Positions 38,828-47,752 of a stretch of 64,000 nucleotides of DNA are shown piece after piece. The DNA is from an uncultured bacterium (GTDB lineage Bacteria > Patescibacteriota > Patescibacteriia > Patescibacteriales > UBA12465). The notes under the pieces were generated by a model that made no database searches, was not told the origin of the DNA, and was given only the letters and a program-made list of their open reading frames with translations. The DNA is taken from the NCBI GenBank assembly GCA_942492765.1, contig OW818634.1, forward strand, positions 6,627-70,626, read 5' to 3'. The translations under genes and the position numbers were made by a program. Numbering within the stretch: position 1 is the first letter of the stretch; every line of letters begins with the position of its first letter.

Positions 38828-39559
38828 ATGAGATTAGAAAATAAAGTCGCTATCGTTACCGGCGCCGCCAGCGGCATCGGTCTAGCCATCGCTAATCTTT
38901 TCGTGGCCGAAGGGGCGAAAGTCGTCTATTCGGACGTGAATGCTCCGGATTTGAAATTGGATGCGGCTCAGGCTATGTTCGTAAAATGCGATGTCGCTAA
39001 TTCCGCTGATGTCGATGCGCTCGTCAAAGCGGCGGTAGATAAATTCGGCCGCTTGGATATCATGGTCAATAATGCCGGTATTGGCGGATTGGGCGGCATC
39101 CTCGATGTAACAGATGCGAACTGGGAAAAGACTCTGAAGATAAATCTGTTCGGCGTCATGTATGGCGCTCGGGCGGCCAGTAACGCTATGAAAGCAGCGG
39201 GCATCAAGGGCAGCATCATTAATATGAGCTCTATCCTCGGGTCTGTCGGTCTAGCTTCAACTATCGCCTATTCCTCGACTAAGGGCGGGGTAGTGCAATT
39301 GACGCATGCCGGCGCCTTGGATTTAGCGCCTTTAGGAATCAGGATGAACGCTATCGCTCCGGGATTTATCGTCACGAATATGACTAAAGCGGTTCTAGCT
39401 GATGATAATTTTAACGCTATGGTCAAGATGAATACGCCCTTGGGTCATGTTGGAGAACCGAATGATATCGCTTATGCGGCTCTATACTTAGCGAGCGATG
39501 AAGCTAAGTACGTGACCGGCACCGTCGTCTATGTTGATGGCGGCTGGACAGCAAGGTAA
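38828..39559 (+). CDS. Short-chain dehydrogenase/reductase (SDR) family oxidoreductase
   Basis: It has the TGAASGIGLA cofactor motif, NNAG, and the YSSTKGG catalytic Tyr/Lys region. Confidence 0.75.
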   Translation: MRLENKVAIVTGAASGIGLAIANLFVAEGAKVVYSDVNAPDLKLDAAQAMFVKCDVANSADVDALVKAAVDKFGRLDIMVNNAGIGGLGGILDVTDANWEKTLKINLFGVMYGARAASNAMKAAGIKGSIINMSSILGSVGLASTIAYSSTKGGVVQLTHAGALDLAPLGIRMNAIAPGFIVTNMTKAVLADDNFNAMVKMNTPLGHVGEPNDIAYAALYLASDEAKYVTGTVVYVDGGWTAR

Positions 39560-39570
39560 TAAATATTTTC

Positions 39571-40605
39571 ATGCCTAGAATAGATATCCTAAAAAAGATT
39601 GCTGACGCCGGCCTAGTCGGCCGTGGCGGCGCTTCATTCCCGACAGCCCAGAAATGGGCGGCGGTTAAGACTGCTCTGAAGACGAAGAAGCTCGGCTATA
39701 TTATAGTTAATGGCGCTGAAGGCGAACCGGGCGTGAAGAAAGATGGCTATATCATCGCGAATTATCCTGAAGAAGTCTTAAATGGCGTTTATGCGGCGGA
39801 CCAATTCCTGGGATCAGCTAAGATAAAGAAAATCTATTTTTTCCTTAACCGCGAATATTATCAGAAATATGGTCCCGGGCTGAAGAAAGTTTTGGCGGCT
39901 AAAAAATATCAGGCGCTCGGGAAGAAGCTGGAATTCCTATTGAAGCCGGAGACTCTGACTTATATCTGCGGCGAAGAAACTACGCTCCTTAATCTGATTG
40001 AAGGGAAGCGGCTTCAGCCGCGCCTGAAACCACCTTACCCGACCGCGAGCGGCCTGCATAATCATCCGACGCTGATTAATAATACGGAAACTTTTTATAA
40101 TGTCGGCCGATTGGCGCGGGATAAATATGAAGAAGATCGTTTTTATACTGTCACCGGCGGAGTCAAGCATCCGGGAGTCCATAGATTGCCGATTAATTTG
40201 ACTATAGAAGAAGTCTTGAAGCGGACCGATAATTATCCGGCCTGGCCCTTCTTTATCCAAACTGGCGGCGAAGCCAGCGGCGAGGTCTTTAATTCTGACC
40301 AGCTCGATAGGCCGGTTGAAGGCATGGGCTCGATCATGGTTTATCATGCCGAAGATACGGACAGGCGGAAGCTGCTCAGATATTGGCTGAAGTTCTATCA
40401 TGAGCAAAGCTGCGGCCAATGCGTCCCTTGCCGTGAAGGCACTTATCGCTTATGGGAACTTATTAATAAGAAAGAAATCGATTATAAGCTATTCTGGGAT
40501 ATAGTCTTGAGCCTCGAAGAGACGAGCTTCTGCGCTCTCGGTTCTTCGCTACCCCTGCCTATCAAGAGTTATTTCAATAATATAGTAAAAATATCTAAAA
40601 AATAA
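39571..40605 (+). CDS. NuoF-like (51 kDa) NADH-binding flavoprotein subunit, short form; likely the hydrogenase diaphorase subunit
   Basis: GRGGASFPTAQKW (NADH site), ICGEETTLLNLIEGK (FMN site) and CGQCVPCREGT (4Fe-4S) are present. Confidence 0.7.
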   Translation: MPRIDILKKIADAGLVGRGGASFPTAQKWAAVKTALKTKKLGYIIVNGAEGEPGVKKDGYIIANYPEEVLNGVYAADQFLGSAKIKKIYFFLNREYYQKYGPGLKKVLAAKKYQALGKKLEFLLKPETLTYICGEETTLLNLIEGKRLQPRLKPPYPTASGLHNHPTLINNTETFYNVGRLARDKYEEDRFYTVTGGVKHPGVHRLPINLTIEEVLKRTDNYPAWPFFIQTGGEASGEVFNSDQLDRPVEGMGSIMVYHAEDTDRRKLLRYWLKFYHEQSCGQCVPCREGTYRLWELINKKEIDYKLFWDIVLSLEETSFCALGSSLPLPIKSYFNNIVKISKK

Positions 40606-40615
40606 TTTTAATCTT

Positions 40616-41353
40616 ATGGACAAAGAAAAAAGGGTCAAGCTGACGCCGGTCTTCGACACTTTCGAGGTCGCGCTGAAGACCTGGTGGAAGAATCTCAAGA
40701 AGATAGTGCTCGTCTATCTCTGGGGTTTGCTATACGCTCTCATCCCGATGGCGGTCATCGCTATCCTCTTGAGCGTTAATTATTGGCTCGGCGATAGCGT
40801 CGGCCTCGGTTTCCGAGTCGCGACGGTCATTATCTCTGCTCTCGGCTTCTTTGCTGCGCTGTATTTCTGCATCCGCGCTTATATAGGCATCTTTTTGCTG
40901 GTCAAGAACGATTACGCTGGCAACGAGAAGAAGCTATTTATGGAGACAAGCCAGTATTTCTGGCCCTATGTCGGACTAGTCGTCTTGACCTCTATCTTCG
41001 TGCTCCTCTGGGCCTTACTCTTGATCATCCCTGGAATCATCTACTCAGTTCTTTATAGTTTCGCTTGCTATGCTTTATTCTTTGAAGACAAGAGAGGCAT
41101 GGCTGCTATCCGCCGCAGCGTCCAGCTGGTGTCTGGTTATTTCTGGCCGGTTTTCGGACGTTTCATTTTCGTTGGCGTCATCGTCTGGGTTTTTTCCCTC
41201 CTGATATCTATCCCGCTATCATTCTCCGAAGAACACACCCTGTTTAGCTCGATCTGGGGCGCCATCGTCCAAGTAGCTAGCTTCTTGGTCGGTCCGGTAG
41301 TACTCATTTATACCTATAGCATCTATCAGGAATTAGTAAAAATAAAAAAATAA
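40616..41353 (+). CDS. Hypothetical polytopic membrane protein (about 6 TM) lying between the hydrogenase genes
   Basis: Repeated hydrophobic helices are present. No catalytic motifs were found. Confidence 0.45.
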   Translation: MDKEKRVKLTPVFDTFEVALKTWWKNLKKIVLVYLWGLLYALIPMAVIAILLSVNYWLGDSVGLGFRVATVIISALGFFAALYFCIRAYIGIFLLVKNDYAGNEKKLFMETSQYFWPYVGLVVLTSIFVLLWALLLIIPGIIYSVLYSFACYALFFEDKRGMAAIRRSVQLVSGYFWPVFGRFIFVGVIVWVFSLLISIPLSFSEEHTLFSSIWGAIVQVASFLVGPVVLIYTYSIYQELVKIKK

Positions 41354-43092
41354 TGAATCTAAGAATAAACAATAAGATAGTCGCGGCTAAAACTGGCCAG
41401 ACTATTCTGGAAATCGCGCGCGAGCACGGAATCAAGATTCCGTCTTTGTGCTACCATCCTGATCTGGATATCAAGGCGAATTGCCGCGTCTGCGTCGTCG
41501 AGATCAAGGGCCGCGATAAGCTTGTGACCGCTTGTTCAACGGCAGCGGCCGCCGGAATGGACATATTGACTGACAGTCCGCGAGTGAAGAAAGCGCGCGC
41601 TATCAATCTCGAATTAGTCCTCTCCGAACATACTAAGAAATGCACTACCTGTATCTCTTTTCCGGATTGCGAATTATTAAGATTGGCGCGCGTCTATAAA
41701 GTCAGATCGGATCGCTTGAAGAATCGTAAATCAGGCCGCAAGACTTATCGTTTCGCTAATGCGGTCGAGATCGACGGCGAGCAGTGCATTGATTGCGATA
41801 ATTGCGTTTCCGCCTGCCATAACCAGGGCATTGATTATTTGAAGATGGCTGGTGTCGGCGCGGCGCAAGAGATCGTGCCGAATAAGGAAAATAAGAGCGC
41901 CTGTATCTATTGCGGCCAATGCGCCTTGCATTGTCCGGCCGCCTCCGCCCAGGAACAGAGCGCTTGGCCGGCGGTAGAGAAGGCGATCAAGGATAAGAAG
42001 AAGATCGTCGTCGCTCAATTCGCTCCGGCCGTCCGAGTCAGCCTAGGCGAAGAATTCGGCTTGCCTTACGGGACTAATTGTGAAGGCTTGATTTATACGG
42101 CTTTGAAGAAATTAGGTTTTAATAGCGTTGTTGATGTTAATTTCGGCGCCGACATCACGACCATGACCGAAGCGGAAGAGCTATTAGAGCGCATGCGTGA
42201 TAAGAAGGCGGTCTGGCCGATGATGAGCTCTTGCTGTCCGTCCTGGGTCGCTTACGCTGAATACTACCATCCGGAATTATTGCCCCATCTGACGATGGCG
42301 CGCTCGCCTCAGATTCATCTCGCCGGCGCCGTCAAGACTTATTGGGCCGAGAAGAAAGGGATTGATCCAAAGAACATCGTGCTTGTCTCTATCATGCCTT
42401 GCACTGCCAAGAAATACGAAGTGGCGCGGCCGGAATTAAGTCTGAATGGCCGCCCGCTTGTTGATTATGTCCTGACGACGCGGGAACTGGCCTATATGAT
42501 CAAGAATAATGGCATTGATTTCAAGAAATTAAAACCGTCTGACGGCGATAAGCTCTTTAATCATGGCAGCGGCGCGGCAGCTATCTATGGCGCCTCGGGC
42601 GGCGTCATGGAATCGGCTCTTAGAAGTGCGGCTTCACTGGCTTGCCAGAGCCGGGCCGGAATCAAGTCCAAGAAGAAGCCAATCTGTAACGAACGCCTGG
42701 AGTTTAAGGACGTTCGCGGCCTAGCCGGTTTCAAAGAGGCGACCGTCGAGGTGGCGGGCCAACGTTTTAAAGTCGGCGTCGTCAATGGCATGGCTAATTT
42801 CTCCAAGGTCTTACCAAAAATCAAACAATATCATTGTATAGAAGTAATGGCTTGCCCGGGCGGCTGCTTAGGGGGCGGTGGCCAACCCATCCCGACGACT
42901 GACGCGATCAGGCAAAAACGCTTAGAAGGTTTGTATAATATTGATAAGGGCCGGACAATTAGGCGGGCGCACGAGAATAAGGCTATGGTCGAGTATTATG
43001 ATTGGGCCAAGAAGCGCGGCTTGACTGCTAAGGTTCTTCATACTAAATTTAAGAAGACGAACGGCTCGATCCTGACGGCCGTCAAGAATTAA
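41353..43092 (+). CDS. hydA: [FeFe]-hydrogenase catalytic subunit (HydA-type) with an N-terminal NuoG-like 2Fe-2S and 4Fe-4S ferredoxin domain
   Basis: All three H-cluster motifs are present: L1 SSCCPSW, L2 IMPCTAKKYE and L3 EVMACPGGCLGGGGQP. There is also an N-terminal CYHPDLDIKANCRVC 2Fe-2S site and two CxxCxxCxxxCP ferredoxin motifs. Confidence 0.8.
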   Translation: MNLRINNKIVAAKTGQTILEIAREHGIKIPSLCYHPDLDIKANCRVCVVEIKGRDKLVTACSTAAAAGMDILTDSPRVKKARAINLELVLSEHTKKCTTCISFPDCELLRLARVYKVRSDRLKNRKSGRKTYRFANAVEIDGEQCIDCDNCVSACHNQGIDYLKMAGVGAAQEIVPNKENKSACIYCGQCALHCPAASAQEQSAWPAVEKAIKDKKKIVVAQFAPAVRVSLGEEFGLPYGTNCEGLIYTALKKLGFNSVVDVNFGADITTMTEAEELLERMRDKKAVWPMMSSCCPSWVAYAEYYHPELLPHLTMARSPQIHLAGAVKTYWAEKKGIDPKNIVLVSIMPCTAKKYEVARPELSLNGRPLVDYVLTTRELAYMIKNNGIDFKKLKPSDGDKLFNHGSGAAAIYGASGGVMESALRSAASLACQSRAGIKSKKKPICNERLEFKDVRGLAGFKEATVEVAGQRFKVGVVNGMANFSKVLPKIKQYHCIEVMACPGGCLGGGGQPIPTTDAIRQKRLEGLYNIDKGRTIRRAHENKAMVEYYDWAKKRGLTAKVLHTKFKKTNGSILTAVKN

Positions 43093-43100
43093 TCTTTACC

Positions 43101-44558
43101 ATGAATATTCCCGCCTACATCAAGGATATAGTTAAAGCTTTACAGGTCTCGGGTTACGAGGCCTATATTGTGGGTGGCTGCGTGCGGGACGTCCTAATGA
43201 ATAAGGAGCCTAAGGATTGGGACATTACAACCAATGCCTTGCCGGAAGAGATCCTGAAAGTATTTACGGCCGCGAAATATGAGAATGTCTTCGGTACGGT
43301 CTTATTGCCGATACGCACTGAACCGGAAGAAGGGGCGAGCAAGGGAGAATTGCAAGATGTCGTCGAGATCACGACTTATCGGAGCGAACAAGGTTATTCC
43401 GATCGCCGGCATCCGGATATCGTCCGTTTCGAGAAAGAATTAGATAAGGATCTGGAGCGCCGCGATTTCACTATCAATGCCTTGGCGCTGAACCCGAATG
43501 AGCCGGATAAGATCATCGACCTGTTCGGCGGCGAGAAAGACATCAAGAAGAAGATCATCCGCGCCGTCGGCCAGCCCGAAGATCGTTTTAAGGAAGACGC
43601 CCTGCGCATGATGCGCGCGATTCGTTTCAGCGCTCAGCTAAGCTTTGAATTAGAGCCGAAGACACAGCGGGGAATAACGAAATTAGCCGGCAGCTTGAAA
43701 TTCGTATCGGGAGAAAGGATACGCGATGAACTCGTGAAGATCTTAGCATCCGACCGTCCAGCTGAAGGGATCATGCTGCTCCATGATTGCAAGCTCTTGC
43801 AATATATTCTGCCGGAACTAGAAGCTGGCGTCGGCGTCAAACAGGATCGCCATCATACGACTTCAGTCTTCGTTCATAACGTCGCCTCCTTGAAGCATTG
43901 TCCGAGTAAGGAGTGGCCGGTGCGCTTAGCTGCCCTATTTCATGATATCGCCAAACCGAAGACGCGCCAGATCATCAAAGGCATCGCCACTTTCTATAAT
44001 CATGAATACTTGGGCGCGAAGATGACTGAGAAGATCATGAATCGCCTGAAATTCTCGACGGAAGACCGGACGCGGGTAGTCAATCTGGTCAAGAATCACA
44101 TGTTCTATTATAATGTCGGAGAGGTGACAGCCGCTTCAGTCCGCCGCTTGATCGTTAAAGTCGGCCGAGAGAATCTCAAGGACTTGATAGCCCTGCGCGT
44201 CGCCGACCGTCTCGGTTCGGGCACGCCCAAAGCCATGCCCTATAAGCTGCGTCATTTGGAGTATATGCTCGAGAAAGTCCAGAATGATCCAGTTTCCGTA
44301 AAGATGCTCAAGATCAATGGCGATGGCTTGATGCGCCTCCTGAACATCCCGCCCGGGCCGAAGATAGGCGCGATCCTCGACGTATTATTAGGCGAAGTCT
44401 TGGAAAATCCGGAATTAAATACCGCAGACAGCCTAGAAGCTCAGGCGCGAGCCTTATCAGATATGGATTTAGAGCAGCTCAGGGCTAAAGCTAAGGAGAT
44501 GATAGAAGAGAAGCGCCAGGAAGAAGATAGGGAGATCAAGAAACATTATAAAGTTTAA
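43101..44558 (+). CDS. cca: CCA-adding enzyme / tRNA nucleotidyltransferase with an HD domain
   Basis: GGCVRDVLMNKEPKDWDITT (the pol-beta nucleotidyltransferase head) and an HD-domain region (LFHDIAKP). Confidence 0.75.
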   Translation: MNIPAYIKDIVKALQVSGYEAYIVGGCVRDVLMNKEPKDWDITTNALPEEILKVFTAAKYENVFGTVLLPIRTEPEEGASKGELQDVVEITTYRSEQGYSDRRHPDIVRFEKELDKDLERRDFTINALALNPNEPDKIIDLFGGEKDIKKKIIRAVGQPEDRFKEDALRMMRAIRFSAQLSFELEPKTQRGITKLAGSLKFVSGERIRDELVKILASDRPAEGIMLLHDCKLLQYILPELEAGVGVKQDRHHTTSVFVHNVASLKHCPSKEWPVRLAALFHDIAKPKTRQIIKGIATFYNHEYLGAKMTEKIMNRLKFSTEDRTRVVNLVKNHMFYYNVGEVTAASVRRLIVKVGRENLKDLIALRVADRLGSGTPKAMPYKLRHLEYMLEKVQNDPVSVKMLKINGDGLMRLLNIPPGPKIGAILDVLLGEVLENPELNTADSLEAQARALSDMDLEQLRAKAKEMIEEKRQEEDREIKKHYKV

Positions 44559-44565
44559 TAAAAAT

Positions 44566-45318
44566 ATGAGTATGAAAAAAATCATGTTCGCGGCCATGCT
44601 GCTTGTCGCCGCGTTAAGCGTTTCCGCTTGCACGAGCAGCGATAATGGTACGGTAGACAGTTATGATAATATTAATAATTCAGCGGCGAAAGGCGACGCT
44701 TTAAACGGAGGCGCCAGCGATTCGTCCGCGCCGGCCACTAGTACTGCCGTCGCCCCGGCTTCGACCGAGGAAACGGCCGCGCCGGTAAATAATACCAATA
44801 TGAATACCTTAGAAGGCCAGGAAGACTTGTTCGCGCAATATTCCCAAGCCCTGATCAAGACTAATTACGGCAATATCACCGTCAAGCTTTATGGCGCTGA
44901 TTCTCCTAAGACCGTTAATAATTTTTTGAATCTCGCTAAGAAGGATTTTTATAATGGCACGAAATTCCATCGCGTCATCAAGGATTTCATGATCCAGGGC
45001 GGCGATCCTTCGAGCAAGGAAGCTGATACCAGCCTTTGGGGAACGGGCGGACCGGGCTATAAGTTCGATGATGAATTCAATGCCCATAAATTAGTCGCCG
45101 GCAGCCTAGCTATGGCTAATGCTGGTCCAGGCACTAACGGCTCCCAGTTCTTCATCGTTACCGCCGCCTCCACTCCTTGGTTAGATAGGATGCATACTAA
45201 TTTCGGCGAGGTCGTCGAGGGGATGGATATCGTCAAAAAGATCGAAGCCGCCCCGACCGGCGCCGCTGATCGGCCGGTCAAGGATGTTATCGTCAATTCC
45301 ATCGAGCTGTTAAAATAA
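44566..45318 (+). CDS. Cyclophilin-type peptidyl-prolyl cis-trans isomerase, probable lipoprotein
   Basis: A lipobox-like LSVSAC is present. The cyclophilin core is FHRVIKDFMIQGGDP...GSQFFI. Confidence 0.8.
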   Translation: MSMKKIMFAAMLLVAALSVSACTSSDNGTVDSYDNINNSAAKGDALNGGASDSSAPATSTAVAPASTEETAAPVNNTNMNTLEGQEDLFAQYSQALIKTNYGNITVKLYGADSPKTVNNFLNLAKKDFYNGTKFHRVIKDFMIQGGDPSSKEADTSLWGTGGPGYKFDDEFNAHKLVAGSLAMANAGPGTNGSQFFIVTAASTPWLDRMHTNFGEVVEGMDIVKKIEAAPTGAADRPVKDVIVNSIELLK

Positions 45319-45345
45319 ATTTGATCTTCAAGCCTAAGTGCAAAT

Positions 45346-45380
45346 TAAAAAGGCGAAATATTATTTCGCCTTTTGTTTTT
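45346..45380. terminator. Bidirectional rho-independent terminator (aggcgaaata/tatttcgcct with a T-run) between convergent genes
   Basis: A perfect 9-10 bp inverted repeat, with an A-run on its 5' side and a T-run on its 3' side. Confidence 0.7.
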
Positions 45381-45963
45381 AGAGAAACCCATTCCGGCCG
45401 ATTCTTCCGACGGCTTTAATTAGAGGATAGCGGCCATTCTTGTGAAAGGGGCCGGTAGATCCGGTGTTCGTGTTGAGCCAGGTGCCTAAATTCGGCCATT
45501 GCTCGAGGAAGGATTCTTCTCTTTCAGCCTCCGTCAGGTAATAGCTGCGATGGGCATAGAATGGTCCGGATAATCCGGAGAAGATAGCCAAGGAAATCGC
45601 TTCACTAAAATTTAAGCCCGCGCTCTGATCTTTTTTATATTTAGTCCCTTTTATGAGACTGACGCCAATCAGATAATAAGGCTCATCGAGAGAGTTGTCT
45701 TCACGATATTGGCTCTCGTCGATTTGGAGATCTCGGCCGTGCTTAGCTGTAAAAATAGTTTTGCAGAGGTCTAGATAGGGCCTGGGCAAGACGGGGAGTA
45801 GGGGGAAGTGGAAGTCGCTGGCTAACCCGAGGCAGCCGGATAAGACTTTGTCTCTCATATCCTCTAGTTCCCAGATGACTTCTTCTGGACATCCATAGCA
45901 GGATAGATTCGCCAATTGACCTTCATAGGTCTGTTTAAGAAGTTCCGCTTGTGGTTTCCACAT
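45379..45963 (-). CDS. Hypothetical protein (194 aa)
   Basis: An ORF divergent from the CYTH operon. No motif was recognised. Confidence 0.4.
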   Translation of the reverse strand: MWKPQAELLKQTYEGQLANLSCYGCPEEVIWELEDMRDKVLSGCLGLASDFHFPLLPVLPRPYLDLCKTIFTAKHGRDLQIDESQYREDNSLDEPYYLIGVSLIKGTKYKKDQSAGLNFSEAISLAIFSGLSGPFYAHRSYYLTEAEREESFLEQWPNLGTWLNTNTGSTGPFHKNGRYPLIKAVGRIGRNGFL

Positions 45964-46114
45964 GGTTTCTTGATTTTTTATTTATTGTTTGGAAAGACCT
46001 GATTATGCTTAGAAATTATCATTAAGCTGTGTTGCTGTCAACTTTACTTTTTGGCTATTTTAGGTTATATTTTAACTTAGTAATAAAAATTAGTTAAGAT
46101 AATTTCTAATCATT

Positions 46115-46639
46115 ATGAGTCATGAAATAGAAATGGAAAAAACTTATTTGGCAAAATTTTTGCCGGAAGGCTTGAAAGACTGTCGGTCGAAAGAGATACT
46201 TGATATCTATGTCCCCAAAGGCAGCGCTCACGCCAAATTGAGAATAAGAAAGAGCGGTGAGACTTATACTATCACCAAAAAGAATCCGGTCGGCGCCAGC
46301 GCCTCTATTCAGAATGAAGAAAATATCGCCATCCTGCCGGAAGAATTCGAAGCTTTTGCCGGCATGGACGGAAACAGGATGCGGAAGATAAGATATTATT
46401 ATCCTTATCAAGGATTGACGGCCGAAATTGACGTTTTTCTGGAACAGCTGGAAGGATTGGTCTTGGTCGACTTTGAATTCAATGAAGAGAAAAAACTCAA
46501 TGATTTTATCATGCCTGATTTCTGCCTAGCCGATGTCACGGAGGAAGAAGAGATAGCCGGCGGAGTCTTATGCCATCACTCATTCGCCTCTCTTGAAGAG
46601 ATGCTCGAGAGGTTCTCTTATAAGAAGATTTCTCTATGA
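46115..46639 (+). CDS. CYTH-like domain protein (triphosphate tunnel metalloenzyme; class IV adenylate cyclase or thiamine triphosphatase fold)
   Basis: The N-terminal HEIEMEKTYLAKFLP matches the CYTH ExExK signature. Acidic EID/DFEF strands occur near the C-terminus, and the protein is about 174 aa. Confidence 0.55.
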   Translation: MSHEIEMEKTYLAKFLPEGLKDCRSKEILDIYVPKGSAHAKLRIRKSGETYTITKKNPVGASASIQNEENIAILPEEFEAFAGMDGNRMRKIRYYYPYQGLTAEIDVFLEQLEGLVLVDFEFNEEKKLNDFIMPDFCLADVTEEEEIAGGVLCHHSFASLEEMLERFSYKKISL

Positions 46640-47748
46640 ATCATCTTAAGATAAGAGAATTAAGACTGGTCATGACCGGCGATTGTCCTTATAGTTGCCG
46701 CTATTGCAATCTCTATCATAAAAAATTATTAGAATCCGGCCGCCTGTCCCGACACCGCTTCGATAAAGAATATCGGATCGGGAATGAAAGCTTCGGGTTG
46801 CTGGCGGATAATAGCGGTCCGGCCTTTTCTCTGAAAGACTATGAATTTCTGTTCTTAATTTTGTCTTCGAGGTTCGGGCTCGAAGACATAACCTTTACCG
46901 GCGGAGATCCTTTTTTGAATCCTGATATCCGTAAAGTTATCGATTCCGCTGATAAGATGGGGGTGCGGACTACCGCCATCACCAAGGGGGCTCCCTTATT
47001 CGCGATCAAGAGCCGGCGTGACGCCAAGAAAAGATTGGGTAATCTTTCTAGAATAATCTTTTCTCTTGATACTTTTGACGCGAAAGAGCACACCAAGAAT
47101 AATCTGCCGCTTCTGAAGACCGAGATAGCTATCGGTTTTTTGCCGAAGACTCTGAGATTGATTGAAGCACTGGCGGGCTACGGCTATAATATCGAGATTA
47201 ACTCTGTCATCAAGCCCGGCTCGCTCGCTTCTAAAAAAAGTCTGGGCCGGGTTATGGCCAGAATCAGGCAGATGGTAGATTTTTGTTTGAAAAATAAAAT
47301 AAAGAAAGTGAAGTTTCTCGAGCTGGATTCCAAGGATACGCTGGGCGCACCTTATATAGAGGATCATTTTCGGGTCATGATAGCCGCCGGCCTGTTCGCC
47401 GGTTTGAAATTTCAGCCCAGCCGTTTACCGGTTGACTATAAGAAGGGGGCCGTCAGGATAGGCCGGGTCGCCAGAGAGGCAAGTAGGAGTCATGATATGC
47501 ATATCATGGCGTATCGGACGCATTGTCCCACGACTTTTCTGAATAGGCGCGGCCGGAAAAAATGCGAGTTTTCTCAAGGGGGCGAATTGCATCTTGATTT
47601 CAAGGGCAGGTCTTTCCTGTGCCAGCGCGATAATCATTTTAAATCGATCGATATCTTTGATGCCGTGAAAAGTCGGAATATAAAGGAACTAGCTAGCCGG
47701 CTTCGGGAGATAAAAGAAGCGGTCAGGGATCAGAAATGTAAGTTTTAA
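46636..47748 (+). CDS. Radical SAM enzyme (MoaA/BtrN-like) with an additional C-terminal Cys-rich region (possible auxiliary cluster)
   Basis: CPYSCRYC (CxxxCxxC) is at residues 16-23, followed by the GGDPFL SAM-binding motif and SLDTFD. C-terminal cysteines are at HCPTT, KKCEF and FLCQRD. The ATGA overlap with the CYTH gene indicates translational coupling. Confidence 0.7.
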   Translation: MNHLKIRELRLVMTGDCPYSCRYCNLYHKKLLESGRLSRHRFDKEYRIGNESFGLLADNSGPAFSLKDYEFLFLILSSRFGLEDITFTGGDPFLNPDIRKVIDSADKMGVRTTAITKGAPLFAIKSRRDAKKRLGNLSRIIFSLDTFDAKEHTKNNLPLLKTEIAIGFLPKTLRLIEALAGYGYNIEINSVIKPGSLASKKSLGRVMARIRQMVDFCLKNKIKKVKFLELDSKDTLGAPYIEDHFRVMIAAGLFAGLKFQPSRLPVDYKKGAVRIGRVAREASRSHDMHIMAYRTHCPTTFLNRRGRKKCEFSQGGELHLDFKGRSFLCQRDNHFKSIDIFDAVKSRNIKELASRLREIKEAVRDQKCKF

Positions 47749-47752
47749 TCAT

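Noticed and set aside
45379-45963. The 194-aa minus-strand ORF as a toxin/ADP-ribosyltransferase-like (DarT-type) protein adjacent to the CYTH operon
   Set aside because: No convincing motif match by eye. It is kept as a hypothetical protein.
46636-47748. Radical SAM gene as an [FeFe]-hydrogenase maturase (HydE/HydG), given hydA 3.5 kb upstream
   Set aside because: The CxxxCxxC motif is at the extreme N-terminus with MoaA-like spacing and a GGDPFL motif. The gene is translationally coupled to CYTH and DegT genes, not to hyd genes.
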